Shown: piece by piece, positions 19,301 through 29,029 of the stretch
Layout: each line of letters begins with the position of its first letter
Position numbering within the stretch: the first letter of the stretch is position 1
Assembly: GCA_964534625.1 (NCBI GenBank)
Contig: CAZHRF010000018.1
Location: 1-52,734, forward strand
DNA from: an uncultured archaeon
GTDB lineage: Archaea; Asgardarchaeota; Heimdallarchaeia; Heimdallarchaeales; Heimdallarchaeaceae
Direction: 5' to 3'
DNA: 52,734 nucleotides
Notes under the pieces: model-generated
Databases searched by the model: none
Seen by the model: the letters and a program-made list of their open reading frames with translations, nothing else
What the model was told of the DNA's origin: nothing
Program-made: the position numbers and the translations under genes

Positions 19301-20346
19301 TAGTTATTCACCAATACTAAAACGCGTCTAGTTAAACTTCTGTGAAGTCTTTCATCAATTACTGTTTTAACTGTCCAATTCAAATCCGCTGCAAGTTTTT
19401 CTGGATGGTTTCTTTTTGGAGCACACATAACTAATATTTTATTCTTTTTCAATATTAGCTTCATTTCTTTTAAAAAATCAGTTACCAACGTGTTGACTTG
19501 CTCTCCATGAGTTGAACTTTGTATAGAATAAGGTGGATCAGTTACTATCCCATCCACTTTTTTTATTGGGGTAAATCTCGAATCAGCAATAAATAATAGA
19601 ACGTTTGAAGGAAAATAGTGATCAATATTTTTTTTTGCTCCTCTAATAGCTCGATAATCCAGATCCGATCCAAAACTATGCATTCCTAAGGCAATGGACT
19701 CGAGTAAAATTCCGCCACTTCCAGAAAAGGGGTCATATAAGACCTCTCCTTTGTTTAACTGGCACAAGTTTATTAAAGCACGTGCAAAATCAGTTTTCAT
19801 TGAACCGGGTCTAAAAAAGGGCCTTTTTCCTGGTTCTCTTTGTGCATATTTTTTGAGATCTATTGACCACTCTATCAATCCACAATATAATGTTTTTTTA
19901 TATAATATACCTCGTATTTCCTTATCTGGATTATCAAGGTCAACTTTAATATCATTATGTTGTTTTTCCCAGATGTATTCAGCTAATTTTCTTTCAAAAT
20001 CATATGTACTATATGAAGTATATTTATCTCCATAACGAGTAACTCGTACTCTAAAACTATAGTTAGGATCAAGTTCTAACGGTAAAATCTCTTCAATATC
20101 TATCTTATCGTCACCTTCAATACTGAGAATATAGTTTAATTTTATTACACAATGAGTTAAACTACAACGTTTTACTGCGTTTGGTATAATTTTACTACTT
20201 TGAATATCATTTGTTTCAATGATCAGTATTTGGTTCTCATGCTTTATCAATTCATAATTAATTTTGCTTGCTTCTAGACATGCAAATAATTCCTCTGTAG
20301 CCAGATTAAGATAATGCCCTCTTAGAAATATCACATAACGATTCAT
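19300..20346 (-). CDS. trm11: tRNA (guanine(10)-N2)-methyltransferase, THUMP + MTase
   Basis: VDLDNPD, RPFFRPGS, DPFSGSGG, TDPPY, HRSLTR. Confidence 0.9.
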   Translation of the reverse strand: MNRYVIFLRGHYLNLATEELFACLEASKINYELIKHENQILIIETNDIQSSKIIPNAVKRCSLTHCVIKLNYILSIEGDDKIDIEEILPLELDPNYSFRVRVTRYGDKYTSYSTYDFERKLAEYIWEKQHNDIKVDLDNPDKEIRGILYKKTLYCGLIEWSIDLKKYAQREPGKRPFFRPGSMKTDFARALINLCQLNKGEVLYDPFSGSGGILLESIALGMHSFGSDLDYRAIRGAKKNIDHYFPSNVLLFIADSRFTPIKKVDGIVTDPPYSIQSSTHGEQVNTLVTDFLKEMKLILKKNKILVMCAPKRNHPEKLAADLNWTVKTVIDERLHRSLTRRVLVLVNN

Positions 20347-21233
20347 ACGTAATGTTCCTTTATAAATTCTGTTAGGAAGGGAGTAATATCAATTTGTTCA
20401 ATATCATCCCTGGGAATTGTGTTTGTCGAGAGTAAATATTTCAGACCTAGGTTATTCATATTTTTGAACACTTGTCTCTCCGACATTGCATGAATAACTA
20501 TGAAACTTACGCTCCTAGGTTCATTTTCCAATATATATTTGATAGCTTTACTTGCTGTTCCTCCAGATGTAACAACATCATCAATTAGTATAACATCCTT
20601 GTCTTTGAGTTCGAGTCCAGGATTTTTCATTTTGACTTCATGTGTTTCCGGGTCTCTATGTTTTTCAAAACAACCATAAGGAACTGATAATGTTTTTGCT
20701 ACTTTCTTTACATCGATTAATGCCCCTTGATCTGGACCAACAATGAATAAATTATCCAGAGGTAAATTCTCAATATATTTATTTAAGTGTTGAAAAAGAT
20801 TCAAGTTCTTTTTTTTCAGTCCATCTGAAGGTTCTATATAGGCTTGTTCATTATGTACATTACATGTTAAAAGTTGATCTACTCCAGCTTCACCAAGTAA
20901 TTGGAGACTAATTTGGTGAGATTTAACTTCCCCCTCTAATCTTCTTCTATCTGCTCTTGCATAACAGAGATAGGGAATTATTGCTATTACTTCTTTAGCC
21001 CCTAATTCTTTTACTGTTTTACTGAGAAAACAGACTTCTAGAAAATGTTTTTCTTGTGGCTCATCTGTAGTTTGAATTATAATAATACGTTCATTTTTTA
21101 CATCTCCTTCTACACGGAGATAGGTTTCTCCATCGTAAAATCTTTTTGTATCAAGATTTAACAAGGGGAGATTTAAACCCTCTGCCACATTTTTCGCCAG
21201 TTTAATGCTTGATGGTCCAGGTAAAACCTTCAT
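20343..21233 (-). CDS. prs: Ribose-phosphate pyrophosphokinase
   Basis: FYDGE, PYLCYARADR, PDQGA, IDDVVTSGGT. Confidence 0.93.
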   Translation of the reverse strand: MKVLPGPSSIKLAKNVAEGLNLPLLNLDTKRFYDGETYLRVEGDVKNERIIIIQTTDEPQEKHFLEVCFLSKTVKELGAKEVIAIIPYLCYARADRRRLEGEVKSHQISLQLLGEAGVDQLLTCNVHNEQAYIEPSDGLKKKNLNLFQHLNKYIENLPLDNLFIVGPDQGALIDVKKVAKTLSVPYGCFEKHRDPETHEVKMKNPGLELKDKDVILIDDVVTSGGTASKAIKYILENEPRSVSFIVIHAMSERQVFKNMNNLGLKYLLSTNTIPRDDIEQIDITPFLTEFIKEHYV

Positions 21234-21442
21234 TTATAACAACCTTAAGATAATTTTGTTTAAATTGATATAAATACTATGATTGAGTAATTTCTTAATT
21301 TAAACCTTTTATCTGTTTTATTTTTTCTTCTGTACTACTACTAATATTTAACTTTGTAAGAAATAGGGTGGAAATTAACATATTCTGAAATAAGTTAACC
21401 TTTATTAAGGTATTAAGTTCATAAAAGACAGAAAGTACTATA

Positions 21443-21463
21443 GCAGTAGTAGTAGTAGTAGTA
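21443..21463 (+). repeat. (AGT)n microsatellite upstream of lonB
   Basis: AGTAGTAGTAGTAGTAGTA; complementary TACTACTACTA near 21333. Confidence 0.6.
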
Positions 21464-21494
21464 TAATTTTCTTATTGCTTAAATGTGATAAATT

Positions 21495-23408
21495 ATGGCA
21501 GAGAAAGAACAATCCATGAAAAAATCAACGGAAAAAAGCGATGTATTGCTGGATATTAATTTTAATGATACGTCTGAAATATCCGTTCCTCCTCGTTTAA
21601 TTGATCAAGTTATTGGTCAAGATGATTCTGTTGAAATAATAAAAAAGGCAGCCCTACAACGTAGACATGTATTATTAATAGGTGAACCTGGAACGGGCAA
21701 ATCTATGTTAGGTCAGGCTATGGCAGAATTACTACCTAAAGAAGAGTTAGTTGATGTTCTATGTCTACCAAATCCTAAAAACCAAAACATCCCCCGTATT
21801 GCCACACTACCTGCAGGTCATGGAACTAGGAAAGTCGAAATGGACAGAGCAATGGCAAGGAAGGGAGGAAATAAACGTTTTCTCATCTCTTTAGTCATTC
21901 TTGCAGCCATTATAATTTATGCACTTATTGCGACTGCACCTTATTCTCAAACCCAACCTCAAACTTTGCTGTTCGCTTTCTTTGTCGGATTCTTTATTTT
22001 CTTCATGTTAAATCAATCAAGGAGTAAACAAGAAACACTTGTACCTAAATTGCTAGTCGATAATAGCAACAAGGATACAGCACCATTTAATGACGCTACG
22101 GGGAGTCACGCAGGTGGACTATTAGGTGATGTACGCCATGATCCTTTTCAATCAGGTGGTCTTGGTACTCCTCCTCATGAGCGAGTTGAACCCGGTTTAA
22201 TCCATAAAAGCCACAACGGAGTGCTTTATTGTGATGAAATCGGTACATTAGAGATTCGTACTCAACAAAAGTTACTCACCGCCATTCAAGATGGTAAATT
22301 AGCTATTACAGGACAATCAGAACTAAGTAGCGGTGCTATGGTAAGAACTGAACCCGTTCCTTGTAATTTCGTTCTTGTAGCATCAGGTAATTTTGAGACC
22401 GTTCGTTCTATTCATCCGGCATTACGTTCTCGTATACAAGGTATGGGGTATGAAGTATATATGAAAGAAACGATGGATGATAGCATCCAAAATCGTCGAA
22501 AACTTGCACGCTTTGTTACCCAAGAAGTTGTCAAAGACCGCAAAATCCCTCATTTTAAGAAAGAAGCAGTTGAAGAAATCATATATGAAGCACAAAGACG
22601 AGCAGACCGTAAAGGACATCTCACCCTTAGATTACGAGAACTTGGAGGGCTTGTTAGGGCAGCTGGTGATATTGCTAAAGAAACTAATGAACGTTTTGTC
22701 TCTGCTGAAACCGTCCGAAAAGCCAAAAAATTAGGGCGAACACTTGAAAATCAAATGAGCGATATGTATGTTGAGGAGCGAAAACAATACAAAATTATCG
22801 AAACAACTGAAACAAAAGTAGGCCGTGTTAATGGTCTTGCTGTTATTAATAAACGATCAGGAATAGTTATGCCTATTGAATCTGATGTCGTACCCGCTTT
22901 CAGTAGACGTGAAGGAAAAATTATAGCAACGGGACAGTTACGTATTATTGCCAGAGAAGCAGTACAAAATGTCTCAGCCATTATTAAAAAATATGTTGGC
23001 AAGGACATTTCTAGTTATGACTTTCATATCCAATTCGTAGGAGCATATTCTGGCGTTGAGGGTGATTCAGCTTCAATTTCCATTGCTACATCTGTTTTCT
23101 CGGCATTTGAAAATGTTCCGATAAGACAAGATACTGCAATGACGGGCAGTTTGACTGTTAGGGGGAAAGTTTTACCTGTTGGTGGCGTTACAAGTAAAAT
23201 TGAAGCAGGATCTGATGCAGGTATCAAACGATTTATCATCCCATTTCATAATAAGGGAGATGTAAAGATAGAAGAAAAATACAAGGATCAAGTTGAGATT
23301 ATACCGGTTAAAACTTTCAATGAGGTGCTTAGAGAAGCAATCCCCAAACAATATCAGGATGTAGTAAAAAAATATGAAGATGCTTCCCAGCACAAAAATA
23401 GTATATAG
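21495..23408 (+). CDS. lonB: Archaeal membrane-anchored Lon protease
   Basis: GEPGTGKS, TM insertion, DVRHDPFQSGG, catalytic GDSAS and GGVTSK. Confidence 0.97.
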   Translation: MAEKEQSMKKSTEKSDVLLDINFNDTSEISVPPRLIDQVIGQDDSVEIIKKAALQRRHVLLIGEPGTGKSMLGQAMAELLPKEELVDVLCLPNPKNQNIPRIATLPAGHGTRKVEMDRAMARKGGNKRFLISLVILAAIIIYALIATAPYSQTQPQTLLFAFFVGFFIFFMLNQSRSKQETLVPKLLVDNSNKDTAPFNDATGSHAGGLLGDVRHDPFQSGGLGTPPHERVEPGLIHKSHNGVLYCDEIGTLEIRTQQKLLTAIQDGKLAITGQSELSSGAMVRTEPVPCNFVLVASGNFETVRSIHPALRSRIQGMGYEVYMKETMDDSIQNRRKLARFVTQEVVKDRKIPHFKKEAVEEIIYEAQRRADRKGHLTLRLRELGGLVRAAGDIAKETNERFVSAETVRKAKKLGRTLENQMSDMYVEERKQYKIIETTETKVGRVNGLAVINKRSGIVMPIESDVVPAFSRREGKIIATGQLRIIAREAVQNVSAIIKKYVGKDISSYDFHIQFVGAYSGVEGDSASISIATSVFSAFENVPIRQDTAMTGSLTVRGKVLPVGGVTSKIEAGSDAGIKRFIIPFHNKGDVKIEEKYKDQVEIIPVKTFNEVLREAIPKQYQDVVKKYEDASQHKNSI

Positions 23409-23419
23409 AAGTGTAAGAG

Positions 23420-23743
23420 ATGAAAAGGTCAGCTGGTTATTATCATTATATTTGTCATATCGTTGCACGTCCTAATGATGAAGACGAATATGAAGATTTT
23501 GGCCACTTTGATTTATACCTTAGCCTTTTTCAACAGGAATTAGAGAAAAAAGAGCCTAAACGTGAACCTTATCTTGAAACTTCTTTTTATTCAGAAGATT
23601 GGATAGAAATAAATTTTCGATTTAAAACATCGTATAGAGATTCTGAAACAGATATAAGATTATATATAGAAATGGTACAAGAAGAAATGGAAAATCATTT
23701 GAATATAACAATAATAGACTTCCAAATAGAAGATATTATCTAA
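23420..23743 (+). CDS. Acidic hypothetical protein
   Basis: 107-aa ORF 11 bp downstream of lonB, same strand. Confidence 0.7.
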   Translation: MKRSAGYYHYICHIVARPNDEDEYEDFGHFDLYLSLFQQELEKKEPKREPYLETSFYSEDWIEINFRFKTSYRDSETDIRLYIEMVQEEMENHLNITIIDFQIEDII

Positions 23744-23971
23744 TGGCATTTAAGATATTTTGGAATTAACGGATAAAACTGATTAAAATAGATTTTCAAA
23801 TAGCAAAGAAAAATGGATCCGTTTTTAGCGATTCAAGAGTGCGCGTTCAGTTTTTTCTTCTTTGTTTTACATAGAAATGTTGCATTCGAGCTTTTTCTTT
23901 GTTAAACCGCTGGTTGTAAGATTTGAATGGTTTTACCATATTTTGAACAAAAAAAATATGAGTGTAGTGTA

Positions 23972-25006
23972 TTATGACATCGTAATGTATAGTTCATATT
24001 GACATTTGTTACAATGTCCATGCAAAGATACCCACTCAACATCTGTGCTCATTTCTTGCCGCTTGATTAGTCTTGTATTACAATTAGGACAATAAGTGTG
24101 CATTGAATCGCTATTCGAAATATTATCAACATAGACGTAATCTAATCCTTCTTCAAGTGCTTTTTCTCTTGCTTCTTCCAGATACTCATTTGCTGTGGGT
24201 AATAAACTAGATACTCTATACGTAGGCAACAAGCGCATTATATGTAGAGGAATCTCTTTTGATAATTCATTACTCATCCATTTTGCAAGTATTTCTACAT
24301 CTTCAATTCCTACTCCTAATTCTTCGTGAATAACTATGCCTAATTCAATATGAATCTCATTTTCATGAAACAATTTAATTATTTGTTTAATATGTTCAAA
24401 ATCTCCGCCTTTACATATTCTTTGATATCCTTCTTTATCAACAGCCTTTAATTCTATCATAACTCCATCTAGGTATTCAATGAGTTCTATTATTGGTTCT
24501 TCTGTAAAGAAACCATTTGTTCTTAGAAAAATTTTCATCCCGTTAGCCTTTGCTGCTTTTGCAGTATCTCTCACCCATTCAAAGGAAATTAGAGGTTCTG
24601 AATCACCAAAACATAAGACCCTTGAACCAGAAGCTTTTGCTATCATTGCAGCTGTAGCAGGGGGGTATTTACGACCAAGAGGGTTATCAGGATCAGCTTT
24701 TGTTTTATCTGTAACGGGACAGTAGGAGCAATCAAGATTACAAAACAAGGTAGAAAAAGTCTGTGTACGTGAGTTGGGGATAAAATGATAAGCATGTTGC
24801 TTTTCTATATGATCAATAGATACGTCTGTATAACCATATGATAAACTATAGAGAGTACCATCAATATTCTTTCGTGCAATACATTTTCCCGATTCACCCG
24901 GATTTATCTCACAATAATGAGGACATAAGTTGCAGCGAATTTGTTGTAGTTCAGGGTCAATTATTTCATAATATTCTGCTTCATGTAAATCAGACATCTT
25001 AACCAC
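23972..25006 (-). CDS. amrS: AmmeMemoRadiSam-type radical SAM protein (divergent paralog)
   Basis: CNLCPHYC, CNLDCSYC, TYCPNC, CNKC. Confidence 0.8.
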   Translation of the reverse strand: MVKMSDLHEAEYYEIIDPELQQIRCNLCPHYCEINPGESGKCIARKNIDGTLYSLSYGYTDVSIDHIEKQHAYHFIPNSRTQTFSTLFCNLDCSYCPVTDKTKADPDNPLGRKYPPATAAMIAKASGSRVLCFGDSEPLISFEWVRDTAKAAKANGMKIFLRTNGFFTEEPIIELIEYLDGVMIELKAVDKEGYQRICKGGDFEHIKQIIKLFHENEIHIELGIVIHEELGVGIEDVEILAKWMSNELSKEIPLHIMRLLPTYRVSSLLPTANEYLEEAREKALEEGLDYVYVDNISNSDSMHTYCPNCNTRLIKRQEMSTDVEWVSLHGHCNKCQYELYITMS

Positions 25007-25120
25007 TAAACAATTTCTTTTATACTTATTAAATTTTATTCAAGTACACACGTGTGTTAACAAAATGTTATTAAGAAAAAAAAAGATGTATAACTAGTAT
25101 AAAAATATAGATGATAGATA

Positions 25121-26260
25121 ATGTGGTCTTTTTTGTCTAGTAGAGCTAATTCAGTATGGGAGAATAAAGAAGTAAAAGAACGTTTACCAATTTATAAAAA
25201 AATTTTTACAGGAGAATGTTTGCCTAGATATCAACTCGCTAAGTTATTCCATACCCCTGTAAAGAAGGATAAACAGAGTAATTTGGAGATCCATAAAAAA
25301 TATCAAATGCAATTTAAGAAATGGGTTAAAGAAAACCAGCATTTATCTCATGAAGAAGTAGAAAAAAAGGCGTTGAAACTCCATTCACTTGAAGAATTGG
25401 AACAGAATAATTATCTTCATCTAAAATCAAAAATTTTCTATGATATTTTAACAGAATGTGAATTCTGTGGAAATAAATGCCATGTTGATAGAACAGCAGG
25501 TCAAGTAGGGAAATGTTTGATAGATGACCAAGCATATGTTTCAAGTTCTTTTATCCATGTGGGAGAAGAAAGCCCCATAATACCGTCAGGTACTATTTTC
25601 TTCTATGGTTGCACAATTCAGTGTGTTTTTTGTCAAAATTGGGAAATAAGTCAAGAACATAATATTCAATCGTATAAGGGGAGAGGGATAAATGCAGAGG
25701 GATTAGTTAGAATCTATGATGATCTAAGAAAACAGGGAGCGAGAAATATCAACTTTGTAGGGGGCGAGCCAACACCAAACTTACATTTAATAGTCGAATC
25801 TTTGCTTAAAACCGATATAGATATACCTATGCTATGGAATAGTAATATGTATCTATCGAAAACTAGCATGGATTTAATAGTAGACATATTTGATATTTGG
25901 CTTCCCGATATCAAATATGGAAATGATGATTGTGGAAAAAAGTATTCTTTAGTGCAGAGATACTGGCAGGTAATAAAGCGTAATGTGAAAATGATTGAAG
26001 AGAAAGGAAGTGGAGAATATATTATTCGTCATCTAGTCATGCCCACCCATGTGGATTGTTGTTCTTTACCAATATTAAATTGGATAGATGAAAACCTTGA
26101 AACACCGCTTGTAAATATTATGGGACAATATAGACCTCAATATAAAGTAAGAAAAGACTCTAAATATCAAAAAATCAATACCTTTCCTACAAGTAAAGAG
26201 ATGACTAAAGTACGGAATTATGCAGAAGAAAAAGGCATATACTGGAAAAGTGTATCATGA
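25121..26260 (+). CDS. pflX: PflX-like radical SAM protein
   Basis: HVGEE, PSGTIFF, CTIQCVFCQN, GGEPTP, RHLVMP, NIMGQYRP. Confidence 0.88.
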   Translation: MWSFLSSRANSVWENKEVKERLPIYKKIFTGECLPRYQLAKLFHTPVKKDKQSNLEIHKKYQMQFKKWVKENQHLSHEEVEKKALKLHSLEELEQNNYLHLKSKIFYDILTECEFCGNKCHVDRTAGQVGKCLIDDQAYVSSSFIHVGEESPIIPSGTIFFYGCTIQCVFCQNWEISQEHNIQSYKGRGINAEGLVRIYDDLRKQGARNINFVGGEPTPNLHLIVESLLKTDIDIPMLWNSNMYLSKTSMDLIVDIFDIWLPDIKYGNDDCGKKYSLVQRYWQVIKRNVKMIEEKGSGEYIIRHLVMPTHVDCCSLPILNWIDENLETPLVNIMGQYRPQYKVRKDSKYQKINTFPTSKEMTKVRNYAEEKGIYWKSVS

Positions 26261-26343
26261 TCCAAAGAGTATGTGGGTATATCTTACTTAAATAAATCTT
26301 CAAAAGTAATCCTTTTGTACTAACATTAAACTAACAATATACT

Positions 26344-26412
26344 GGGGAATGATCGGTAGGCATTTGATTGATGCTCCAAAGGAGCGATGAAAAAAGAAGC
26401 TTGGGTGACCCC
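26344..26412 (+). ncRNA. Probable box C/D methylation guide sRNA
   Basis: Terminal GGGG/CCCC stem; box C-like ATGATCG (26349-26355); 12-nt guide; D' TTGA (26368-26371); hairpin GCTCC-AAA-GGAGC; C'-like CGATGA; 14-nt guide; D-like GTGA (26405-26408); GC-rich island between convergent genes. Confidence 0.7.
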
Positions 26413-26423
26413 TTAAATGCTTT

Positions 26424-27623
26424 TCACAGGCTTTCAGAGAGTTCTTGCATTTGTTCTATAGTTATTTTGATATCTTCTTGAGTATTATATACGTGGGTAG
26501 ATAACTGAACTAATGATTCTTTATTCATTTCTTTTAGTTGGGTTTGAGCACACAATCCTCCGCTTCTCACTATTATTTTTCTTAAATCTTCCAATATTAT
26601 TGCCAAATCGTGAGTGTCAATTATTTCAACCTCTAAGGCCATAATCGGTCCATAACTACATCCTTCAATTTCTACGCTTTTAAAAGGTACAATACCCCTA
26701 ATCCCTTTTACTAGTAGTTCTCGTAAGTTTTTTTGATGAGCATGGATTTTTTCTAATCCTATTTCATTTAACACTTTGAAGCTATTAACCATCGAAACAA
26801 TCGCAGGAGTGTTTATGAAACCTGTTTCAAACGAATTGAATGTATTTGATAATGAATAAGTTTTTTCATCCATATGGTTGATTGAATTTGTACCTACTAT
26901 AAGTGGCTCTACATGCTTTCTCTTAAATGTCATAAATGCTGATCCCATAGGTCCTAATGTCCCTAATGGACCATTACATAGCACATAATCAGGTTGAACA
27001 TTGTCCAATGTGAGTGGTTCCAAGCCTATTGTTCTACTCACATCTAAAATGAGAGAAATGTTAAGATCTTCAAGTAATGTGGTTATTCGTTTCCAATCTC
27101 TTTTTATTCCTACTCCAACAGTTTGAGAGGATAATACAACAACTGATGTTTTGTCAGTCACTTTTTCCTTAATACTCTCTACTATATTTCTTTCATCTTC
27201 TTTGTGAAGAAAGTCTATGGTATAATTGAATAACTTCTTCCCTCTATATACAGGTCCTAACAGGGAATGGTCTTCCATCATACTAGTGAGTACATGATCT
27301 TTTTCATTCAGTTTATGAGAGAAAAGTATATTGCTCAACATCACTTCCATATCCGATGAAAATGATATATTGTCAGGAGAAATGTTAATTAGAGAACCTA
27401 ATTCTTTTCGTGCTTTTTCCAATTTAACATTGGCACAAATAGAGTATTCATGTGTTCCTCTATTTTTAACTCCTCCACATTTTTTATAATAGTCTGATAT
27501 AATATCGATCGACGAGAGGGGTAGACGTCCTATTGTTGCTGAATCTAAATAAATCAAATCATCAGGTAAAGCAAATGAAACCCCAAAATTTTCTCTATAT
27601 TCTGAACTCATCAAATATATCAT
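26424..27623 (-). CDS. SufS/CsdA-like class V aminotransferase fold protein, PLP lysine apparently missing
   Basis: IYLDSAT, RGTH, FETG, HDLA, VRSGGLCA, HVYNT. Confidence 0.82.
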   Translation of the reverse strand: MIYLMSSEYRENFGVSFALPDDLIYLDSATIGRLPLSSIDIISDYYKKCGGVKNRGTHEYSICANVKLEKARKELGSLINISPDNISFSSDMEVMLSNILFSHKLNEKDHVLTSMMEDHSLLGPVYRGKKLFNYTIDFLHKEDERNIVESIKEKVTDKTSVVVLSSQTVGVGIKRDWKRITTLLEDLNISLILDVSRTIGLEPLTLDNVQPDYVLCNGPLGTLGPMGSAFMTFKRKHVEPLIVGTNSINHMDEKTYSLSNTFNSFETGFINTPAIVSMVNSFKVLNEIGLEKIHAHQKNLRELLVKGIRGIVPFKSVEIEGCSYGPIMALEVEIIDTHDLAIILEDLRKIIVRSGGLCAQTQLKEMNKESLVQLSTHVYNTQEDIKITIEQMQELSESL

Positions 27624-27742
27624 ATTCCATCCTCTTTTTAATATTCTCTTTATCCAAAATTATACAGCAACAACCTCTAACTTTTAGCTGGAAGACACAT
27701 AAGAATACAAATATGCATCCAAAATAATAGGAGGAACTACGT

Positions 27743-28237
27743 ATGAACCACTATTTTTTTAATTGCTTAGAGTTTTTTCACGTAATGACTTTGAATAAAG
27801 AAGAGCTACTCAAAGAAATCAAATCAAAAACATTATCCCAATATAAACGATATGTAAAATTATTAAAGGAAATAGAATCTAAAAAGGACAGTGAGGTACA
27901 TGCTACCCTTTGGGAAGTCAGGGCTTTTTTTGAGCTCTGTCAGATTCAATTAAAACATTATCTTGATAAAGAATATATAAGTGAACCTTGGCAACATGAA
28001 TTTTTGAAGAAAAAAGAAACAAAATTTCGTGATAAAGCAATCGAGAGATTAAAAGAATTTAATCTTTCTACAAAAAAATTACAAAAAAGATTTGATACCG
28101 ACTTAGAAGCAGTTTTTCAATACATATGGAAAATAAAAGCAACTATATCTATGGTCATTGATGCCTTTCCCATTCCAAAGTATAAGCTCATTGATGGGGA
28201 ACTAAAAAGAGAGAGAGAGGATATTTTCGTTTTATAA
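27743..28237 (+). CDS. Helical hypothetical protein
   Basis: 164-aa ORF; start may be MTLNK at 27785. Confidence 0.7.
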   Translation: MNHYFFNCLEFFHVMTLNKEELLKEIKSKTLSQYKRYVKLLKEIESKKDSEVHATLWEVRAFFELCQIQLKHYLDKEYISEPWQHEFLKKKETKFRDKAIERLKEFNLSTKKLQKRFDTDLEAVFQYIWKIKATISMVIDAFPIPKYKLIDGELKREREDIFVL

Positions 28238-28389
28238 CTGATGCAGATAGACTATTCTTTCACTTGTCTTTTCTTAATTTTGGGGATTTTCGATAATTTA
28301 ATATGGAGGGGGTTTGAAAAATGAAAATATCCAATAAGTAACAAGCGTAATCTTTAAAGAATTGAATCTTTTCTTCTTTTTGTGGTAAA

Positions 28390-28884
28390 ATGAGTGATGA
28401 TAATGATTCACTAACAGATAAACAAAAAATCGCTAAAGCATTTCAAATTCAAGCTTTTACTTGTCCTCATAAAGGAGGTATTGAATATCCATGTGTGATA
28501 TGTAAACAATGCCGAGAGATGGATCTGGAACAATATGTTCTTAAAAATGGTATGGTTGAAAGAACAAAAAACTCCAGTTTAATTAGTCTTTCTTTGGATC
28601 TAAAAGATCCTTTTGATGATATGCTCTTAAATCAACTTTCTAGTGCATTAGCACAAGACACAGGCATAGTTCAAAACGAAGCAGAACCTGGTTTTTCAAT
28701 AACTTTTTATCTAACCAATGTCTTACTGGAAAGGGTTCAAGAAAAAAACAAATTGATTGAGTTTATAGCCGACTTTCAACACAAATTCCTAACAGAGACT
28801 ATCGCAGCAAGAAGTGCTCTCAATAGATGGAAAAGACAAACAACAAAAAGATTAATCAATCAAATGACAGTTATTCCAACATAG
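28390..28884 (+). CDS. ARPC4 (Arp2/3 complex p20 subunit)-like protein with N-terminal Cys cluster
   Basis: [11 protein letters not shown]..LE....KNKLIEFI..F aligns with ARPC4 [29 protein letters not shown]; also NS..S and long C-terminal helix; length about that of ARPC4. Confidence 0.78.
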   Translation: [164 protein letters not shown]

Positions 28885-28909
28885 ATAACTTAGTATATGT
28901 ATTTTAGGG

Positions 28910-28923
28910 AAAAAATTATAAAA
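28910..28923 (+). promoter_or_regulatory. Putative BRE/TATA promoter of tRNA-Gly
   Basis: A-rich run followed by TTATAAAA about 33-40 nt upstream of the tRNA; AT-rich background limits certainty. Confidence 0.4.
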
Positions 28924-28955
28924 GAAAGAGTCATATTTCTTTTAGTTATTTTATA

Positions 28956-29029
28956 GCACGCGTAGTCTAGTGGTAGGACTCGACCCTCCCACGGTCGAAA
29001 CCCGGATTCGAATTCCGGCGCGTGCACCA
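28956..29029 (+). tRNA. tRNA-Gly (CCC), intronless, CCA encoded
   Basis: Acceptor GCACGCG/CGCGTGC, D-arm GTCT..GGAC, anticodon arm CGACC-CTCCCAC-GGTCG, T-arm CCGGA-TTCGAAT-TCCGG, 3' ACCA. Confidence 0.97.

Noticed and set aside
21333-21463. TACTACTACTA / TAGTAGTAGTA inverted pair between prs and lonB as an operator or hairpin
   Set aside because: Low-complexity trinucleotide about 100 bp apart; not distinguishable from microsatellite noise.
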